DNA of 64,000 bases from an uncultured Desulfatitalea sp. (GCA_963668675.2 CAXXMB010000002.1:864001-928000); one strand, 5' to 3'; positions 38,647-50,456 are shown, numbered from the stretch's first letter. Numbers and translations are program-made. Notes: generated from the letters alone by a model not told the origin.

Positions 38647-40377
38647 ATGGAATGTCCATCGTGCCATACCGGCAATCCAGGCGGGCAAAAATTCTGCGGT
38701 TCTTGCGGCCAACGGCTCGAGGCCTTGTGTCCCCGGTGCCAGGCGGCCAATCCACCCGGCTATAAATTTTGCGGTCAATGCGGTGCCAATCTGACATTGG
38801 CGGGCGCCATCACCCTTGCCCGTTCCGGGCTGATCACCCAAGTCAACCCGAAAGCGCTGGAGATGCTCGGCTGCAAGCAGCAGGAGATGCAGGGAAAGCC
38901 CTTTTCACTCTTTGTGGTGCAGAGGGACCTGGTGGTCTTCTTTTCCCACCTGAACGATCTGCTCAGCAGCGCTAAACGGCAATCATTTGAAATCAACCTG
39001 AAGCGCAATGAGCGCAGCGCGCTTAATGCGATGCTCGAATGCAGCGTTGATCAGGAAGATCCCAAGTCCATCGACGCCGTTCACATCGTCATGACGGAAA
39101 GCACGAACAACCATACCGCCGCCGACCAGTTGCAGCGCGAGCAGGAACTGCTGGCACTGATCTTTTCGGCGGCGAACAATATCAGCACGGTCAGCAAAAA
39201 GCATCTTCGGCAGTCGATCGAAGATGCTCTCAAAAAGGTGTGCCTCTTCACCCAAGCGGACATCTGCTTCATCTGCGGCATCAACCGGGCGACCAATCGC
39301 CTCGATGGGCTCTACGAGTGGCGCCAGTCGTCACTGCCGGAGAAGGGAACCAAATTGCAGAGCGTTCCTCTATCCAGAATCAAACGCACCATTATCAAGC
39401 TCCGCCAGGAGAAGATGTTGTCCCTTCCCGATCTGACTGAACTGGAAGCGCTGGAACGCGAAGAGCTGCTCTCGTGGCACAACCTAGACATCGAATCGAT
39501 CCTCTGCTATCTGATCTATGCCGGGAAGATGCCCATCGGGGTGATCGGTATCGCAAAACTATCGGCGGTCGACGAATGGCAACCGGAATATGAATCGCTG
39601 GTCAAATTTTTTGGAGATTTTATCTCAGGCCGCCTGCCCGCCGCCGCTCTCACTACCAAGGCGTCGGAAGGGAGCCGATCCGCTCCTTCGGCCGAAAATA
39701 CCGTCGCGAACAGATCAAAAACCGACACGCCTGCCGACATCATCTCGATCAATGAGAAACGGCGCGCTTCCGAAGGGGGGGCACGAGAACCACTAACCAG
39801 CGCTGCCGGCCGGTCATCGAAAGAGAACTGGCAGGCGCTGCCGGATATGACGCGCCCCATGCAGCTCGAATCCTACTCCGGGCGGCAGTCGCCCGACCAG
39901 CAACCGGTCTTTCCGCGCGATGACGGGCTGGTCCTTTTGACATGCCCTCGCTGCGGCATGCAGGAGTCGGTCTCCGTCGGTCAGTTCGACAAACTGGGCA
40001 ACTCCATCCTGGTGAGCTGCCCGTGCAGGAAGCAATTTATCGCCGTACTCGAGAAGCGGCGCTATTTCCGCAAATCGGTGCGGCTGGACGGCTACTTCTC
40101 CATCGGTGGCGATTTGGGTTCCATCGGAGCCGACGGCAACATCTGGGGGCCGATGGTCGTTGAGGATCTCTCCAAAGCGGGTCTGCGTTTCTCATCTGAA
40201 AGCGCCAACCTTGCCCGTGTGGGGGATAAGTTGATGGTAAGGTTCAACCTCGACAATACCAACCAGGCCCTGATCCATAAACCGGTCAGGGTGGTTTCGG
40301 TCAATGCGAATGAGGTGGGATGCAAATTTGAGGGGGCCGACAGTTATGACATCACGCTGGGATTCTACTTCATGTGA
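38647..40377 (+). CDS. Double zinc ribbon-PAS-GAF-Zn-PilZ signalling protein
   Basis: CPSC/CGSC/CPRC/CGQC; PAS; GAF-like; RRYFRK and DLSKAG PilZ motifs. Confidence 0.8.
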   Translation: MECPSCHTGNPGGQKFCGSCGQRLEALCPRCQAANPPGYKFCGQCGANLTLAGAITLARSGLITQVNPKALEMLGCKQQEMQGKPFSLFVVQRDLVVFFSHLNDLLSSAKRQSFEINLKRNERSALNAMLECSVDQEDPKSIDAVHIVMTESTNNHTAADQLQREQELLALIFSAANNISTVSKKHLRQSIEDALKKVCLFTQADICFICGINRATNRLDGLYEWRQSSLPEKGTKLQSVPLSRIKRTIIKLRQEKMLSLPDLTELEALEREELLSWHNLDIESILCYLIYAGKMPIGVIGIAKLSAVDEWQPEYESLVKFFGDFISGRLPAAALTTKASEGSRSAPSAENTVANRSKTDTPADIISINEKRRASEGGAREPLTSAAGRSSKENWQALPDMTRPMQLESYSGRQSPDQQPVFPRDDGLVLLTCPRCGMQESVSVGQFDKLGNSILVSCPCRKQFIAVLEKRRYFRKSVRLDGYFSIGGDLGSIGADGNIWGPMVVEDLSKAGLRFSSESANLARVGDKLMVRFNLDNTNQALIHKPVRVVSVNANEVGCKFEGADSYDITLGFYFM

Positions 40378-40646
40378 GTATTGATAAATTCGTAAGAAGC
40401 CATTCGTACGTTATGCGGGACTGGATCCGGCATCCAGAAACCATTGCAAAAAAAATGATTCGTTCGATTGATGTGGAAATTTTCTATCCAGATGCGTTGA
40501 GCAGCCTGTTCCTGAAGAAGGTTGGACGGGCAATGAACCTTTGCCCTGTCAAAAGAAGCCTCAATAAGGACATAGAGATTCGCACACGATTTACTACCGG
40601 ATAGGTTCTGCCTGCATGGAGACCACCGTCGCCGGGAGCATCCACC

Positions 40647-41705
40647 GTGAAACCTGACAAGCGTGGGCATGCCGGGCATGATTCGCCCGACTTGAATGAG
40701 TTGACGCAAGATCAGCTACGCGATTGCGTAGAGGTGAGCAAGGCCATCACCGCAGAGCTCGATCCCGAACGGCTGATCCCCACCATCATGGAGCGGGTCT
40801 CCAGACTCCTGCCTTCGGAAACCTGGTCGCTTTTTCTGCTGGATGAGGCCACCCAGACACTTCGGTTTGAGATCAGCGTGGATATCGATATCGAGACGGT
40901 CCGGGATGTCCGTCTGGCCCTGGGGCAGGGTGTGGCGGGCAAAGCCGCACAGTTGCAGCAACTCCTGGTGATCGAAGATGTCTCCCAGTGCGACTTCTTC
41001 TTTAACCAGGTGGACGATACAACCGGCCAGCGAACCGAGTCGCTGGTCTGTGCCCCGATTCTTTACGGCGGGCAAGCCTTGGGTGTCCTTGAGGTGGTCA
41101 ATCCCAAACGCATGGATGCCGCCATGCTGGCCCAACTGCGCCTGCTCTCCGACTACCTGGCCATTGCCATCGAGAACACACGGCGCTACAAACTGATGGA
41201 AGAGATGGCCGTGCGCGACAACCTCACCGGCCTCTTCAACCAGCGCTATCTCTACCCGAATCTCAAACGCCACATTAAGCGTTGCCGCAATACGAACCGG
41301 CCCCTCTCGCTGATCTTCATGGACATGGACGACTTCAAAACCGTGGTCGACCGCTTGGGACATCTCAATGGCAGCCGTGCGTTGAGTGAGGTGGCCCAGC
41401 GCATCCAGGCCTGCCTGACCGAGCCGGCTTTCGGCGTCGCCTATGGCGGTGACGAGTTCGTGATCGTGTTACCGGAGATCAACCGTCCCCAGGCCGTGAA
41501 TCAGGCCACGCAGATCCGGCGCTCGATCAAAAATGCCCCCTACCTCACCCGTTGGGGTCATCAGGTGATGCTGACCGCCAGCTTCGGCGTGGCCACCTTC
41601 CCCGAAGATGCCGACGACGGCACCGGTCTGCTGGCCCTGGCCGACAATGCCATGTTTCGGGTTAAGACGACGGGGAAGGATAGGGTAGAAAAAGCTGAAG
41701 ACTGA
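40647..41705 (+). CDS. GAF-GGDEF diguanylate cyclase
   Basis: DNLTGLFN, DMDDFK, YGGDEF. Confidence 0.92.
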   Translation: MKPDKRGHAGHDSPDLNELTQDQLRDCVEVSKAITAELDPERLIPTIMERVSRLLPSETWSLFLLDEATQTLRFEISVDIDIETVRDVRLALGQGVAGKAAQLQQLLVIEDVSQCDFFFNQVDDTTGQRTESLVCAPILYGGQALGVLEVVNPKRMDAAMLAQLRLLSDYLAIAIENTRRYKLMEEMAVRDNLTGLFNQRYLYPNLKRHIKRCRNTNRPLSLIFMDMDDFKTVVDRLGHLNGSRALSEVAQRIQACLTEPAFGVAYGGDEFVIVLPEINRPQAVNQATQIRRSIKNAPYLTRWGHQVMLTASFGVATFPEDADDGTGLLALADNAMFRVKTTGKDRVEKAED

Positions 41706-41748
41706 AGTGAGGAAGGGTCGCAAACCTTCAGTCTTCGGACTTCTGTCT
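41695..41748. terminator. Hairpin of short repeats between convergent genes
   Basis: CTGAAGACTGAAG...CTTCAGTCTTCGG. Confidence 0.5.
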
Positions 41749-41763
41749 TCTTCTCTCCAGCCC

Positions 41764-44271
41764 TCAACCTTCAGGCACCTTAAACGGTTTCACCGCCACA
41801 ATCAGCCATGGCAGCAATGTCAACGCGGCCAACAACGCCACCAGCATGGCCAGTCCGGTAAAGAGGCCGAAATAGATGGTCGGCCAGAAGTTGGAGAGTG
41901 CCAGGATAGAAAATCCGATGATAATGGTGACCGAAGTGTAGTACATGGCATGGCCGATGCTGCCGTGGCAGCGATGCATGCTCTGGTAGTAGTCGCCGTC
42001 CCGCTTGATCTCTTCCCGGAAGCGGTAGATGTAGTGGATGGTGTCGTCCACGGCAATGCCCACGCTGATGGCGGCGATGGTGATGGTCATCATATCCAGG
42101 GGGATATCAAGCCAGCCCATGACGCTGATCACCGCGCCGGCCGACAAAAGGTTGGGAAACAGAGCAATCAGGGCCAGACGCACCGATCGAAAAAGCACCA
42201 GGAACATCAGCAGCAAAGCCAGGGCCACCACGCCCATGGTCTTGATCTGGGAAGAGAAGAGGCTCTGCAGCATGTTGTTGTAGAGGACCATGGTGCCGGC
42301 CAGGTGCACGCGGTCGGGGGCCAAGCCGAGCTTGCCGGTCAGATCGCGCTTGATCTGCTTGAGCAGGGCATCTCGGTCTATCGTCTTGAGCGAATCGATG
42401 ATGCGCACCGAGAATCGGGCCTCATTGTCCTTGATGGAGAGATAGGGCCTGAGAATCAGCTCCTTGTATTTGTCAGGCAGCTTGGTATAGAGCACCGCCA
42501 TGGAGATACTGTCCAGGGACTTGCCGTCGTTGAGGTTGCGACCGATCTTCATCAGGGTGGCAAGGCTGAGCAGCTTACCGGTCTCAGGCAAACTGTCGAT
42601 GTAGTCGTGGACCTTCTCGATGGTCTCCAGGCGGTCGTCGAAAAACCAGTACTTGTCGTAGTCTTCCGCCCCGGATTTGGCGTAGGGGTTGAGGAAGGCG
42701 TCCTCCTCCTCATCGGGCTGGGCAAACTGCTTCAGATCGATGTCGTCGAACTGTACGATCACATCCAGCGGTGTCGTGCCACCCAGCTTCTGGTCGATGA
42801 GCTTCATGCCCTGGTAGATTTCGGTGGAGGTCTTAAAGTAGTCGATAAAGCTGTTCTCCACGCGCAAACGGGAGATGCCGACCACGGTGAGGAGCGACAG
42901 GGCGCAGGTGGCGACCAGTATGATCGTTCCTTGAAACTGGGTAAAGCGTCCCAGCGCCGCGGTCAGGGAGAATCCGGAATGGCGGGCCTTTTTCTTCGGA
43001 AGCTCTCTCTTCTTGACCAGAATGACGGCGGCCGGAAAAAGCACGAACGTCAGTAGAAGCGAAAGCACCAACCCGGCACTCATCATCCAGCCGAAATTGA
43101 TGACCGGTTTGATATCGCACATTACCAGCGAGCTGAATCCGGCGATGGTGGTCAGGGCCGCGTAGACGCAAGGGACGAATTTGGTGCGCACCGTGTCGTG
43201 CACCAATGTGCGCTGATCTTTCGATGGATCGGTGCGGTGAAACTCGCGATAGCGCACGATGAGATGGACCGCGATGGCCAGCGTCATGATCAGCTGCAGG
43301 GAGATGAAGTTCGATGAGATGACGGTCACCTCCCAACCGAACATGGCCAGGATGCCCAACATGGCGACAACCGAGAGAAAGCAGCAGAGCATGGGCAGCA
43401 CGACCCAGAGCGGTCTCCGGAAGATGATGCCCAGCATCAGCACCAGCAGGGCGAAGACGCCGATGCCGAACATCTTCAAATCGTTGCGCACAAAGGAGAT
43501 CATGTCGTCCTGGATCATGCTTATGCCGCCGAGGAACAGGTCGGCCCCGGAGCGGTAGCGCTGCATGATGGCCCGCACGGTCTTGATGTTCTCATGCTGG
43601 ATGGCGTTCAGCTGATCCAATCGGTCGCCGATCTGCCTTTGGAGCTCTCCCAGGGCGGCCTCGTCCGCATTGGTGAGCTGACTGTCGGCTCTCTTGTCCA
43701 GGTAGCCGTTGCGCGTTTCGATCAGGGATCGGTATTGCGCATCGGACTTCAAGTTGACGATGATGGCGGTGGTGTGCAGGTCCGTGCTGACAATGAGGTC
43801 GCGGTAGAAGGGGCTCTCGCTTAACTCCACCCTGGCCAACGACCGGTCGGTGCCCTCGGACTCCAGGGTTCGGATCCCCTCGGAGACCTCGGCATAGGAG
43901 ACCGGCGGGCTCTGGAACAGGGGCACATCCAGCAGGGTCATCACCGAGTCCGTCAACGGCAGCGGCTTCAGTTCATCCCTCAGGCGACCGATGGCAGCCA
44001 GGTTGTCGTCCGAGAGCAGCTCTCCACTCTTGGGGGTATACGCGATCAGCAGAAAGTCGTTGGCCCCGTAGCGGGAGACCACCTCTCTGGAGTAGCGCAG
44101 GTCGCGATCGTTCTCCAGCAGCAGCGTCTCCGCCGATGCGTCGATGCGAAAATTCCTGGCCTGATACCCCAGCAATGCAATGATGGCTACCAGGATCAGG
44201 ATGACGGGCAACGGGTGCTCGAGCACCAGTTGGGTATACCAGCGAAGTGCAGAATCGGCAGCTTTTTTCAT
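41764..44271 (-). CDS. RND/MMPL-family transporter
   Basis: Two repeats of TM bundle plus periplasmic loop; GIAVDDTIH, TTIAGFSSL. Confidence 0.9.
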   Translation of the reverse strand: MKKAADSALRWYTQLVLEHPLPVILILVAIIALLGYQARNFRIDASAETLLLENDRDLRYSREVVSRYGANDFLLIAYTPKSGELLSDDNLAAIGRLRDELKPLPLTDSVMTLLDVPLFQSPPVSYAEVSEGIRTLESEGTDRSLARVELSESPFYRDLIVSTDLHTTAIIVNLKSDAQYRSLIETRNGYLDKRADSQLTNADEAALGELQRQIGDRLDQLNAIQHENIKTVRAIMQRYRSGADLFLGGISMIQDDMISFVRNDLKMFGIGVFALLVLMLGIIFRRPLWVVLPMLCCFLSVVAMLGILAMFGWEVTVISSNFISLQLIMTLAIAVHLIVRYREFHRTDPSKDQRTLVHDTVRTKFVPCVYAALTTIAGFSSLVMCDIKPVINFGWMMSAGLVLSLLLTFVLFPAAVILVKKRELPKKKARHSGFSLTAALGRFTQFQGTIILVATCALSLLTVVGISRLRVENSFIDYFKTSTEIYQGMKLIDQKLGGTTPLDVIVQFDDIDLKQFAQPDEEEDAFLNPYAKSGAEDYDKYWFFDDRLETIEKVHDYIDSLPETGKLLSLATLMKIGRNLNDGKSLDSISMAVLYTKLPDKYKELILRPYLSIKDNEARFSVRIIDSLKTIDRDALLKQIKRDLTGKLGLAPDRVHLAGTMVLYNNMLQSLFSSQIKTMGVVALALLLMFLVLFRSVRLALIALFPNLLSAGAVISVMGWLDIPLDMMTITIAAISVGIAVDDTIHYIYRFREEIKRDGDYYQSMHRCHGSIGHAMYYTSVTIIIGFSILALSNFWPTIYFGLFTGLAMLVALLAALTLLPWLIVAVKPFKVPEG

Positions 44272-44545
44272 AGGTCTCCGTCAGATGAGCGTTAACGGCA
44301 GGTCTGTACAAACCGTACCGCAATTTTGCGGTAACAACAGGGTGTTCCGCTTATACCCGTTCAGCCGGCCGGGGTCAAGGAGCAGGCCTACCTGGGCAAA
44401 TATCTTGATCAAGGGTATGGACACCGGCGCACAGGTGTGATTAAACAAGGACCATTTCTCGGCCATTTTTGAACATCCGGCACGGATTGTCACGCGTGCG
44501 GGAATCCATTGTAAATACCAATCAAATGCTCAGGAGGAGAGACGA

Positions 44546-46627
44546 ATGGTTGCGATTACCGAAGCTGTATCATTGGAAAAACAAGGGGAAATCGGCGTAT
44601 TGTGGATCGACAATCCCCCGGTCAATGCACTGGGGCATCCGGTGCGCAAAGGGATGAACGACGGCATCACCATGGCGATGAACGACGACGAAATCAAAGC
44701 CATCGTGGTCATTTGCAAGGGACGCACCTTTTGTGCCGGAGCCGATATCCGTGAATTCGGCAAGCCGCCGCTGGAACCGCATCTGCCCGACGTGCTCAAC
44801 ACCTTCGATCAGTGCACCAAGCCGATCATCGCAGCCATTCACGGTACGGCCTTCGGCGGGGGGCTGGAGACAGCCCTGAGCTCTCACTTCCGCGTAGCCG
44901 TACCCACCGCCCAGTTCGGTCTGCCCGAAGTGAAACTCGGCCTGCTGCCCGGCGCCGGCGGCACCCAGCGCCTGCCGCGCCTGATCGGACCGGAGAAGGC
45001 CCTGCCCATGGTCGCCACCGGCAATCCCATTCCGGCCCCCAAGGCCTTGAAAGAGGGCGTAATCGATGAGATCGTGGAGGGCGACCTGGCCGAAGGCGCC
45101 ATCGCTTTCGCTAAAAAAGTGCTGGCCGAAAACCGTCCCTTGCGGCAAGTAAGCGCCATGACCGAAAAGATCGACGAGGCGCGCAGCAAACCAGAGATCT
45201 TCGCCGACTACCGCAAGCAACTCGCCAAACGCGCCCGCGGGTTCGAAGCGCCCGAGGCGTGCGTCAAAGCCGTCGAAGCAGCGGTCAACAAACCCTTTGC
45301 CGAAGGCCTCAAATACGAGCGTGAACTCTTCGCCGAGTTGATGAAGGGCTCCCAGTCGGCCGCCCAACGCTACTACTTCTTTGCCGAACGCCAGGTGGCC
45401 AAGATTCCCGACATCCCCAAAGACACGCCGCTGATCGACATAAAAAAGGTGGGCATCATCGGCGCGGGCACCATGGGCGGCGGCATCACCATGAACTTCG
45501 TCAATGCCGGCATCCCCGTCACCCTGGTCGAGGCTAAGCAGGAGTTCCTGGACCGCGGGCTGGGCGTGATCAGAAAGAACTACGAAATCACGGCGTCCAA
45601 GGGCAAGATGTCATCCGAGGACGTAGAAAAGCGCATGGGCCTGATCACCGGCACCACCAGCATGGACGACCTGGCCGACGTAGACCTGGTGATCGAGGCG
45701 GTCTTCGAGAACATGGACCTGAAAAAGGAGATCTTCACCAAACTGGACGCCATCTGCAAAGAGGGCGCCATCCTGGCCACCAACACCTCCTATCTGAATG
45801 TCGATGAAATCGCGGCCATGACCAAGCGACCCGAATCTGTGCTGGGAATGCACTTTTTCAGCCCGGCCAACGTGATGCGCCTGCTCGAAGTGGTGCGAGG
45901 CGCCAAGACCGCCCTGCCGGTGCTGGCCACTGCCATGGCCATCGCGAAAAAAATCAAGAAGGTGGCCGTAATGGTGGGCGTCTGCTTCGGCTTCGCCGGC
46001 AACCGCATGTTCGCCCAGCGTAAACGCGAGGTGGACAAGCTGGTGCTCGAAGGCGCCAAACCGGCCCAGTTGGACAAGGTGATCTACGACTTCGGCTTCC
46101 CCATGGGCCCGGTCCAACTGCTCGACCTGATCGGCATAGACCTGGGCTGGAGCAAGGAGAACTCCAACAGCGAGACCATGCAGCAGATCCTGTGTGAAAA
46201 TGAACGCTTCGGCCTGAAAAACGGCAAAGGATACTACAACTACGATAAGGGCAGCCGTGTGCCCAAACCGGCGCCCGAAGTGGAGCAGATGATTGCCGAC
46301 CTGGCAAAAAAGAAGGGCTACACGCCCCGCGAGATCTCAGACGAGGAGATCATCCAGCGCTGCATCTACCCGATCATCAACGAAGGCGCCAAGATCCTGG
46401 AAGAGAAGATCGCCGTTCGCCCCAGCGACCTGGATGTGATCTGGATCAACGGATACGGCTGGCCGGTCTACCGCGGCGGCCCCATGTTCTATGCCGACCT
46501 GGTCGGTCTGGACAAGATCCTCGAGGTGATGAAAAAGTTCCAGGCCGAGCACGGAGACGACTTCAAACCCGCCCCCTTGCTGGAAAAACTGGTCAAGGAA
46601 GGCAAAAACTTCAGCTCGCTGAACTAA
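44546..46627 (+). CDS. Enoyl-CoA hydratase / 3-hydroxyacyl-CoA dehydrogenase (FadB-like)
   Basis: [43 protein letters not shown]. Confidence 0.95.
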   Translation: MVAITEAVSLEKQGEIGVLWIDNPPVNALGHPVRKGMNDGITMAMNDDEIKAIVVICKGRTFCAGADIREFGKPPLEPHLPDVLNTFDQCTKPIIAAIHGTAFGGGLETALSSHFRVAVPTAQFGLPEVKLGLLPGAGGTQRLPRLIGPEKALPMVATGNPIPAPKALKEGVIDEIVEGDLAEGAIAFAKKVLAENRPLRQVSAMTEKIDEARSKPEIFADYRKQLAKRARGFEAPEACVKAVEAAVNKPFAEGLKYERELFAELMKGSQSAAQRYYFFAERQVAKIPDIPKDTPLIDIKKVGIIGAGTMGGGITMNFVNAGIPVTLVEAKQEFLDRGLGVIRKNYEITASKGKMSSEDVEKRMGLITGTTSMDDLADVDLVIEAVFENMDLKKEIFTKLDAICKEGAILATNTSYLNVDEIAAMTKRPESVLGMHFFSPANVMRLLEVVRGAKTALPVLATAMAIAKKIKKVAVMVGVCFGFAGNRMFAQRKREVDKLVLEGAKPAQLDKVIYDFGFPMGPVQLLDLIGIDLGWSKENSNSETMQQILCENERFGLKNGKGYYNYDKGSRVPKPAPEVEQMIADLAKKKGYTPREISDEEIIQRCIYPIINEGAKILEEKIAVRPSDLDVIWINGYGWPVYRGGPMFYADLVGLDKILEVMKKFQAEHGDDFKPAPLLEKLVKEGKNFSSLN

Positions 46628-46687
46628 AACGAATACCGGACAACCTTGCGCTGTAGAGAGGGTGGTTCGGACATCGCCAGACGTACG

Positions 46688-46727
46688 AATCGGGATGGGC
46701 AGACCACAGTGGCGGCCCATCCCGATT
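46688..46727. repeat. REP-like hairpin
   Basis: AATCGGGATGGGC...GCCCATCCCGATT. Confidence 0.55.
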
Positions 46728-46997
46728 CACTTCGCCCTTGCAGCACCATCCTGCATCGTGGCACAATAGCGCTGACTGCACATCAAACGGGCGCCCTATC
46801 ACCGACCTCAACCCAATCAGGCCGGCAGGCTGCCTGCGTACGGCAATACGTACATCGCCAATTCGTCCCAAACTGGTTTAAATCCTCTGCCTGAGAGAGG
46901 TTGCATGAGCCTGCAGACACCTCGGGGAGCTCTTTAGAATGTGCCCTTCAGGTTCGCCTGCCCCCCTCGGGCCTGTGAAAACGCCAACCCATGTGGG

Positions 46998-49900
46998 ATG
47001 AAGATGAAAAGACACAACGCCCCTGCTTCAAACGGGTCGAACCGGCTGGCCGGTCTCGTCCTGGCCTGCTTTTTCCTCTCCGGCACCACGGCCCTGATCT
47101 ACGAGATCATCTGGATGCGGATGATGTCGCGTATCGTCGGTGGCGCCCCTTATGCTGTGAGCACAATACTGGTGGTCTTCATGGGGGGGATGGGACTGGG
47201 CAGCTTCCTTGCCAGCCGCAGGGCCGACCGGGTACAATCCACACGGCTCATCCGGGTGTACGGCGGTCTGGAGCTGGCCGTGGGCCTCTACGCCCTGCTC
47301 GTCCCCTTTCTGCTCATGCTTCTCAAGGCGCTCTATGGGCTCCTGTACAACCGCCTCTTCGAATTCCCATTGGCGTACAACCTGAGCATCTTTATCGGCG
47401 CGGTGGTCTTGCTCTCCCTGCCGGCGGTCTGCATGGGAGCCACCCTGCCGATCCTCTGCCGCTTCTATGTCAACCGGCTTTCCCACGTGGGCACCCACTC
47501 CGGCCGGCTGTATGGCCTGAACACCATCGGCGCCGCGCTGGGGTCTCTGCTGTGCGGCTTCTGGATGATCAACCATCTGGGTGTATGGGGCACCATGCTT
47601 GCAGCGGTGGTGATCAACTGCACCATCGGCCTGGTCTGCCTGAATTTAGGTGCCGACAAAAGCTCCCATGGGAAAGAGCACCGCAAGTCTCCCAAAGCCC
47701 TGGCTGAAAAGGTCCAAGCGGAAAACGCTTTGGTCGGCCAGCATCCCGTCATGATCCGCGGCGCCCTGATCATCATTATGGTCTCCGGCTTCTGCGCCAT
47801 GGCCTACGAGGTGCTGTGGACCAAACTGCTGGGATTGATCGTCGGCCCCACCACCTACTCGTTCACCATCGTCCTGGTGACCTTTATCGTCGGCCTGGCA
47901 CTGGGCAACCTGACCTTCGGCCGGATCGCCGATCGGACCGGAAATCCCATCGGAATGTTGGTCGCCACCCAGCTCGCCGCCGCGCTGCTGGCCCTGCTCT
48001 TCAGCCAAGTCATCGGCAACAGCCAGCTCTTCTTCGCCAAGCTGATCTACACCTTCAAAGATCACTTCGCTCTGCTCTCACTGGCCAAAGCACTGGTGCT
48101 TTTTGCAATGATGATCTGGCCCACATTTTTCCTGGGAGCTGCTTTTCCCCTGGTGGCCCGGATCTATACTCGCTCGGTGGCAGCTGTTGGCCGCTCCATC
48201 GGGGTCGCCTACACCATCAACACCATCGGTGCGGTACTGGGTTCCTTTTGTGCTGGATTTCTTCTGATCCCCCTGATCGGCAAAGAGAACGGATTGCGGC
48301 TGGCCATCGGCTTGCAGTTGACCGCTGCACTGGTCATTGGCGGCATCTTGCTGATTCGGCAGCGCACCGGCGCCATCCGGTGGGCAGCACTGGTGGTGTC
48401 ATTGGCCGCCGGAGGGGCGCTCTGCACCGCCTACCCCTCGTGGAACCGCCAACTGCTGGCCATGGGCAAATACCACCGATTCGAAGAGACGGTAGTGATC
48501 GATGAGATGATCCACAACACCGGCTGGCTGGCGGCCCTCTACAGAGGATCCGACATTCTCGCCGCAGCCGACAGGGGCAGACTGGTCTACTACGGCGACG
48601 GCATCGGCGGATTCACCACGGTGCTCAAGTTCCCCGGCCCATTCGGCATCGCCGAGTACTCCATGGCCAATAGCGGCAAAATGGACGCTTCATCCTTCGG
48701 CGACATGAAGACCCAGACCCTGTTGGCCCACTTCCCCCTGCTCTTCTCGCCGGACGCCAAGCGCGTGATGGTGCTCGGGCTGGCCAGCGGCATCACAGCG
48801 GGTGAAGTACTGCACTATCCGGTCGAACAGCTCGATGTGGTCGACATCAACGACCGGGTCTTTGAAGCGGCCCGCCATTTCGAGCCCTGGAACAATGGAG
48901 TATTGGATCACCCCAACGTTCGATTGATCCTCCAGGACGGCATGGCCCACCTGTCGCTGACCGACACCGCCTACGACGTCATCATCTCGGAGCCGTCCAA
49001 CCCGTGGATGGCCGGCATGTCCTCTCTCTTTACGAAGGAGTTCTTCGAACAGGCCCGGAAGCGGCTGACCGAAAACGGCATCTACATTCAGTGGTTTCAT
49101 TGCTACCAGATGGATTGGCCCACCTTTGCCCTGATCGGGCGGACCTTTTCCCAGGTCTTTCCCCAGGGCCTGCTGGTCTCGGCCGAACCGGGCGGACTGG
49201 CCAAGGATTTTCTCTTCGTGGGGTTGAAGGGAGACAGGGGATTGGACTGGGATGCGGCTGCCCGCAACAGCCGCTTCGCCGCAACATCGAACAATATCCG
49301 TCTTTCCGACCCACAACTTCTCTACCGCCTGATCGTCTCCGAAGATCTCCGACGCCTCTTTGGACCGGGACCGATCAATACCGATAGAAGGCCACTGCTC
49401 GAGTATGCCGCACCGAAATTGATGTTTGAAGGTCAGCGAACGCAGCAGGCCCTGCTGCAAACCATCGTTCGCCGCACCTGGCTGAGTCCCGCCACGCGTC
49501 AGGCAAATCAACGACTCCGTGCTTCGGTGGAGCGCCAGATCGACTTTGCCGCCTATGCCCTGTCGGTGCACGCGCCCTTTTCCGGGATGGTGGACCTGGA
49601 CCGCGCTTCGCCGACCCAGCGTGATCGATATACCGCCATAATGACCGATTACTGCGGCAACAACCCGATCAACTATGCTGTCGTCAAGGACCCGGTGTTG
49701 ATAGAAGCCATGCGAAAGCGCCAGATTGGAGCGATCCAGAGCATACTTCCGAAAATGGACAACCAGGCCCCGGCTCACGCCTACCTGGCCAAACTCTTCA
49801 CCGATCAGGGCATGGCCGGCGAAGCCATCAAGAGCTATCGGGAGATCGTACGCCTCGATCCTGGCAATGCCACGGCCCACAACGACCTGGGGTTCATGCT

Positions 49901-50456
49901 CTACCAACGCGGAGAGGTTGCGGATGCGATCAAGCACTTCCGGGCCGCCGTGGCGATACGACCCAACTTCCTGACGGCCTTGGGCAATCTGGCCCTGGCC
50001 CTGCTCAGCCAGGATCAACTGGATGAAGCACAACACTACTTCGAGGAGACACTGAGGGTGCGCCCCGGCATGGCCGAGGCCCACTACCGGGTAGGAACGA
50101 TTCTCTACCGGAAGGGGCAGTTCGGGGCTGCTGCAGCCCATCTCAATAAAGCGCTCCGCATCGCCCCCGATATGGTCGAGGGGCTCGACGCGATGGCCAT
50201 GCTCCAGGCCACGGCCACGGACCGGCGCGTCAGGAACCCGAAGCGCGCCATCGGCTACGCCCGAAAGGCATGCACCCTCACCGATGAGAAGGATCCGCGG
50301 ATGCTCTCGACCCTCGCGGTGGCCTATGCGGCCGACCGGCAGACCGAACGCTCCCGCCAGACCGCCCGGCAGGCGATCGAACTGGCCAGGGTATCGGGGC
50401 GTGAGGAGATAGTGGAAGTGGTGCAGGTGAAATTGAAGGATATTCTGATTCAGTAG
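46998..50456 (+). CDS. Fused MFS-like membrane / spermidine synthase-like SAM domain / TPR protein
   Basis: SG..ALIYEIIW, YGLNTIGA, VLGLASGIT, DVIISEPSNPW, C-terminal TPRs. Confidence 0.88.
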   Translation: MKMKRHNAPASNGSNRLAGLVLACFFLSGTTALIYEIIWMRMMSRIVGGAPYAVSTILVVFMGGMGLGSFLASRRADRVQSTRLIRVYGGLELAVGLYALLVPFLLMLLKALYGLLYNRLFEFPLAYNLSIFIGAVVLLSLPAVCMGATLPILCRFYVNRLSHVGTHSGRLYGLNTIGAALGSLLCGFWMINHLGVWGTMLAAVVINCTIGLVCLNLGADKSSHGKEHRKSPKALAEKVQAENALVGQHPVMIRGALIIIMVSGFCAMAYEVLWTKLLGLIVGPTTYSFTIVLVTFIVGLALGNLTFGRIADRTGNPIGMLVATQLAAALLALLFSQVIGNSQLFFAKLIYTFKDHFALLSLAKALVLFAMMIWPTFFLGAAFPLVARIYTRSVAAVGRSIGVAYTINTIGAVLGSFCAGFLLIPLIGKENGLRLAIGLQLTAALVIGGILLIRQRTGAIRWAALVVSLAAGGALCTAYPSWNRQLLAMGKYHRFEETVVIDEMIHNTGWLAALYRGSDILAAADRGRLVYYGDGIGGFTTVLKFPGPFGIAEYSMANSGKMDASSFGDMKTQTLLAHFPLLFSPDAKRVMVLGLASGITAGEVLHYPVEQLDVVDINDRVFEAARHFEPWNNGVLDHPNVRLILQDGMAHLSLTDTAYDVIISEPSNPWMAGMSSLFTKEFFEQARKRLTENGIYIQWFHCYQMDWPTFALIGRTFSQVFPQGLLVSAEPGGLAKDFLFVGLKGDRGLDWDAAARNSRFAATSNNIRLSDPQLLYRLIVSEDLRRLFGPGPINTDRRPLLEYAAPKLMFEGQRTQQALLQTIVRRTWLSPATRQANQRLRASVERQIDFAAYALSVHAPFSGMVDLDRASPTQRDRYTAIMTDYCGNNPINYAVVKDPVLIEAMRKRQIGAIQSILPKMDNQAPAHAYLAKLFTDQGMAGEAIKSYREIVRLDPGNATAHNDLGFMLYQRGEVADAIKHFRAAVAIRPNFLTALGNLALALLSQDQLDEAQHYFEETLRVRPGMAEAHYRVGTILYRKGQFGAAAAHLNKALRIAPDMVEGLDAMAMLQATATDRRVRNPKRAIGYARKACTLTDEKDPRMLSTLAVAYAADRQTERSRQTARQAIELARVSGREEIVEVVQVKLKDILIQ

